DNA of 58,375 nucleotides from a virus (lineage: Duplodnaviria; Caudoviricetes), in the IMG/VR virus record IMGVR_UViG_3300011115_000472, positions 1 to 58,375 of that record; one strand, written 5' to 3'. Below the pieces are notes generated by a model. It was not told where the DNA came from. It saw nothing but the letters and a program-made list of their open reading frames with translations, and made no database searches. The translations under genes were made by a program, and so were the position numbers. Each line of letters starts with the position of its first letter. Position 1 is the first letter of the stretch. Below are positions 58,249 through 58,375 of this stretch, piece after piece.

Positions 58249-58375
58249 CAGTAGGAATGTCGTCTTCTTCGGTGACGGGATCTTCGTCTTCGTCAGAAAC
58301 GCACATGCTCCCATTCCAATGGAATCCTTCTGCGCAAACAGGTTCTTCCTCTTCAACAACAGGTTCTTCCTCTTC
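58249..58375. repeat. Terminal overlap identical to 1-127
   Basis: Exact match to the window start. Confidence 0.97.

Noticed and set aside
1-58375. Alternative genetic code
   Set aside because: Genes tile the genome densely under the standard code, and all three stop codons are used

Overview
This window is a complete, circularly assembled tailed-phage genome of 58,248 bp. Bases 1-127 are identical to 58249-58375, which is an assembler overlap. The gene set is podovirus-like with P22-style morphogenesis; a freshwater betaproteobacterial host is a guess from gene content, not shown. Almost everything is on the minus strand, in this order: Cro-like regulator, ParB-like protein, SF2 helicase, TOPRIM primase, RuvC-like and HNH nucleases, about 20 small early genes, terminase, a 1,200-aa modular protein, portal, GroES-like co-chaperonin, scaffold, capsid, small basic head-associated genes, adaptor and tail fibres, lysis genes, tail/nozzle genes, a ~2,216-aa protein spanning the window ends (missed by the ORF track), and three ejection-type proteins including an SLT. 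A short plus-strand operon encodes an SSB-like protein, a lipoprotein and a PD-(D/E)XK exonuclease. No integrase, DNA polymerase, tRNA, CRISPR array or reverse transcriptase was recognised. Most unusual signals: (1) a [YFMLK]-[AK]-x-G-G motif occurring more than 25 times in six late proteins, sitting at module boundaries and suggesting an undescribed polyprotein processing or packaging-tag system; (2) two sequence-unrelated but architecturally identical RNA elements, each a 5' hairpin whose 7-nt loop is complementary to a strand inside a long terminator hairpin; (3) a three-domain structured leader upstream of cro; (4) a promoter consensus TAAT-N4-TGTTATnnT found four times. Family assignments come from motif recognition by eye; no database was searched.
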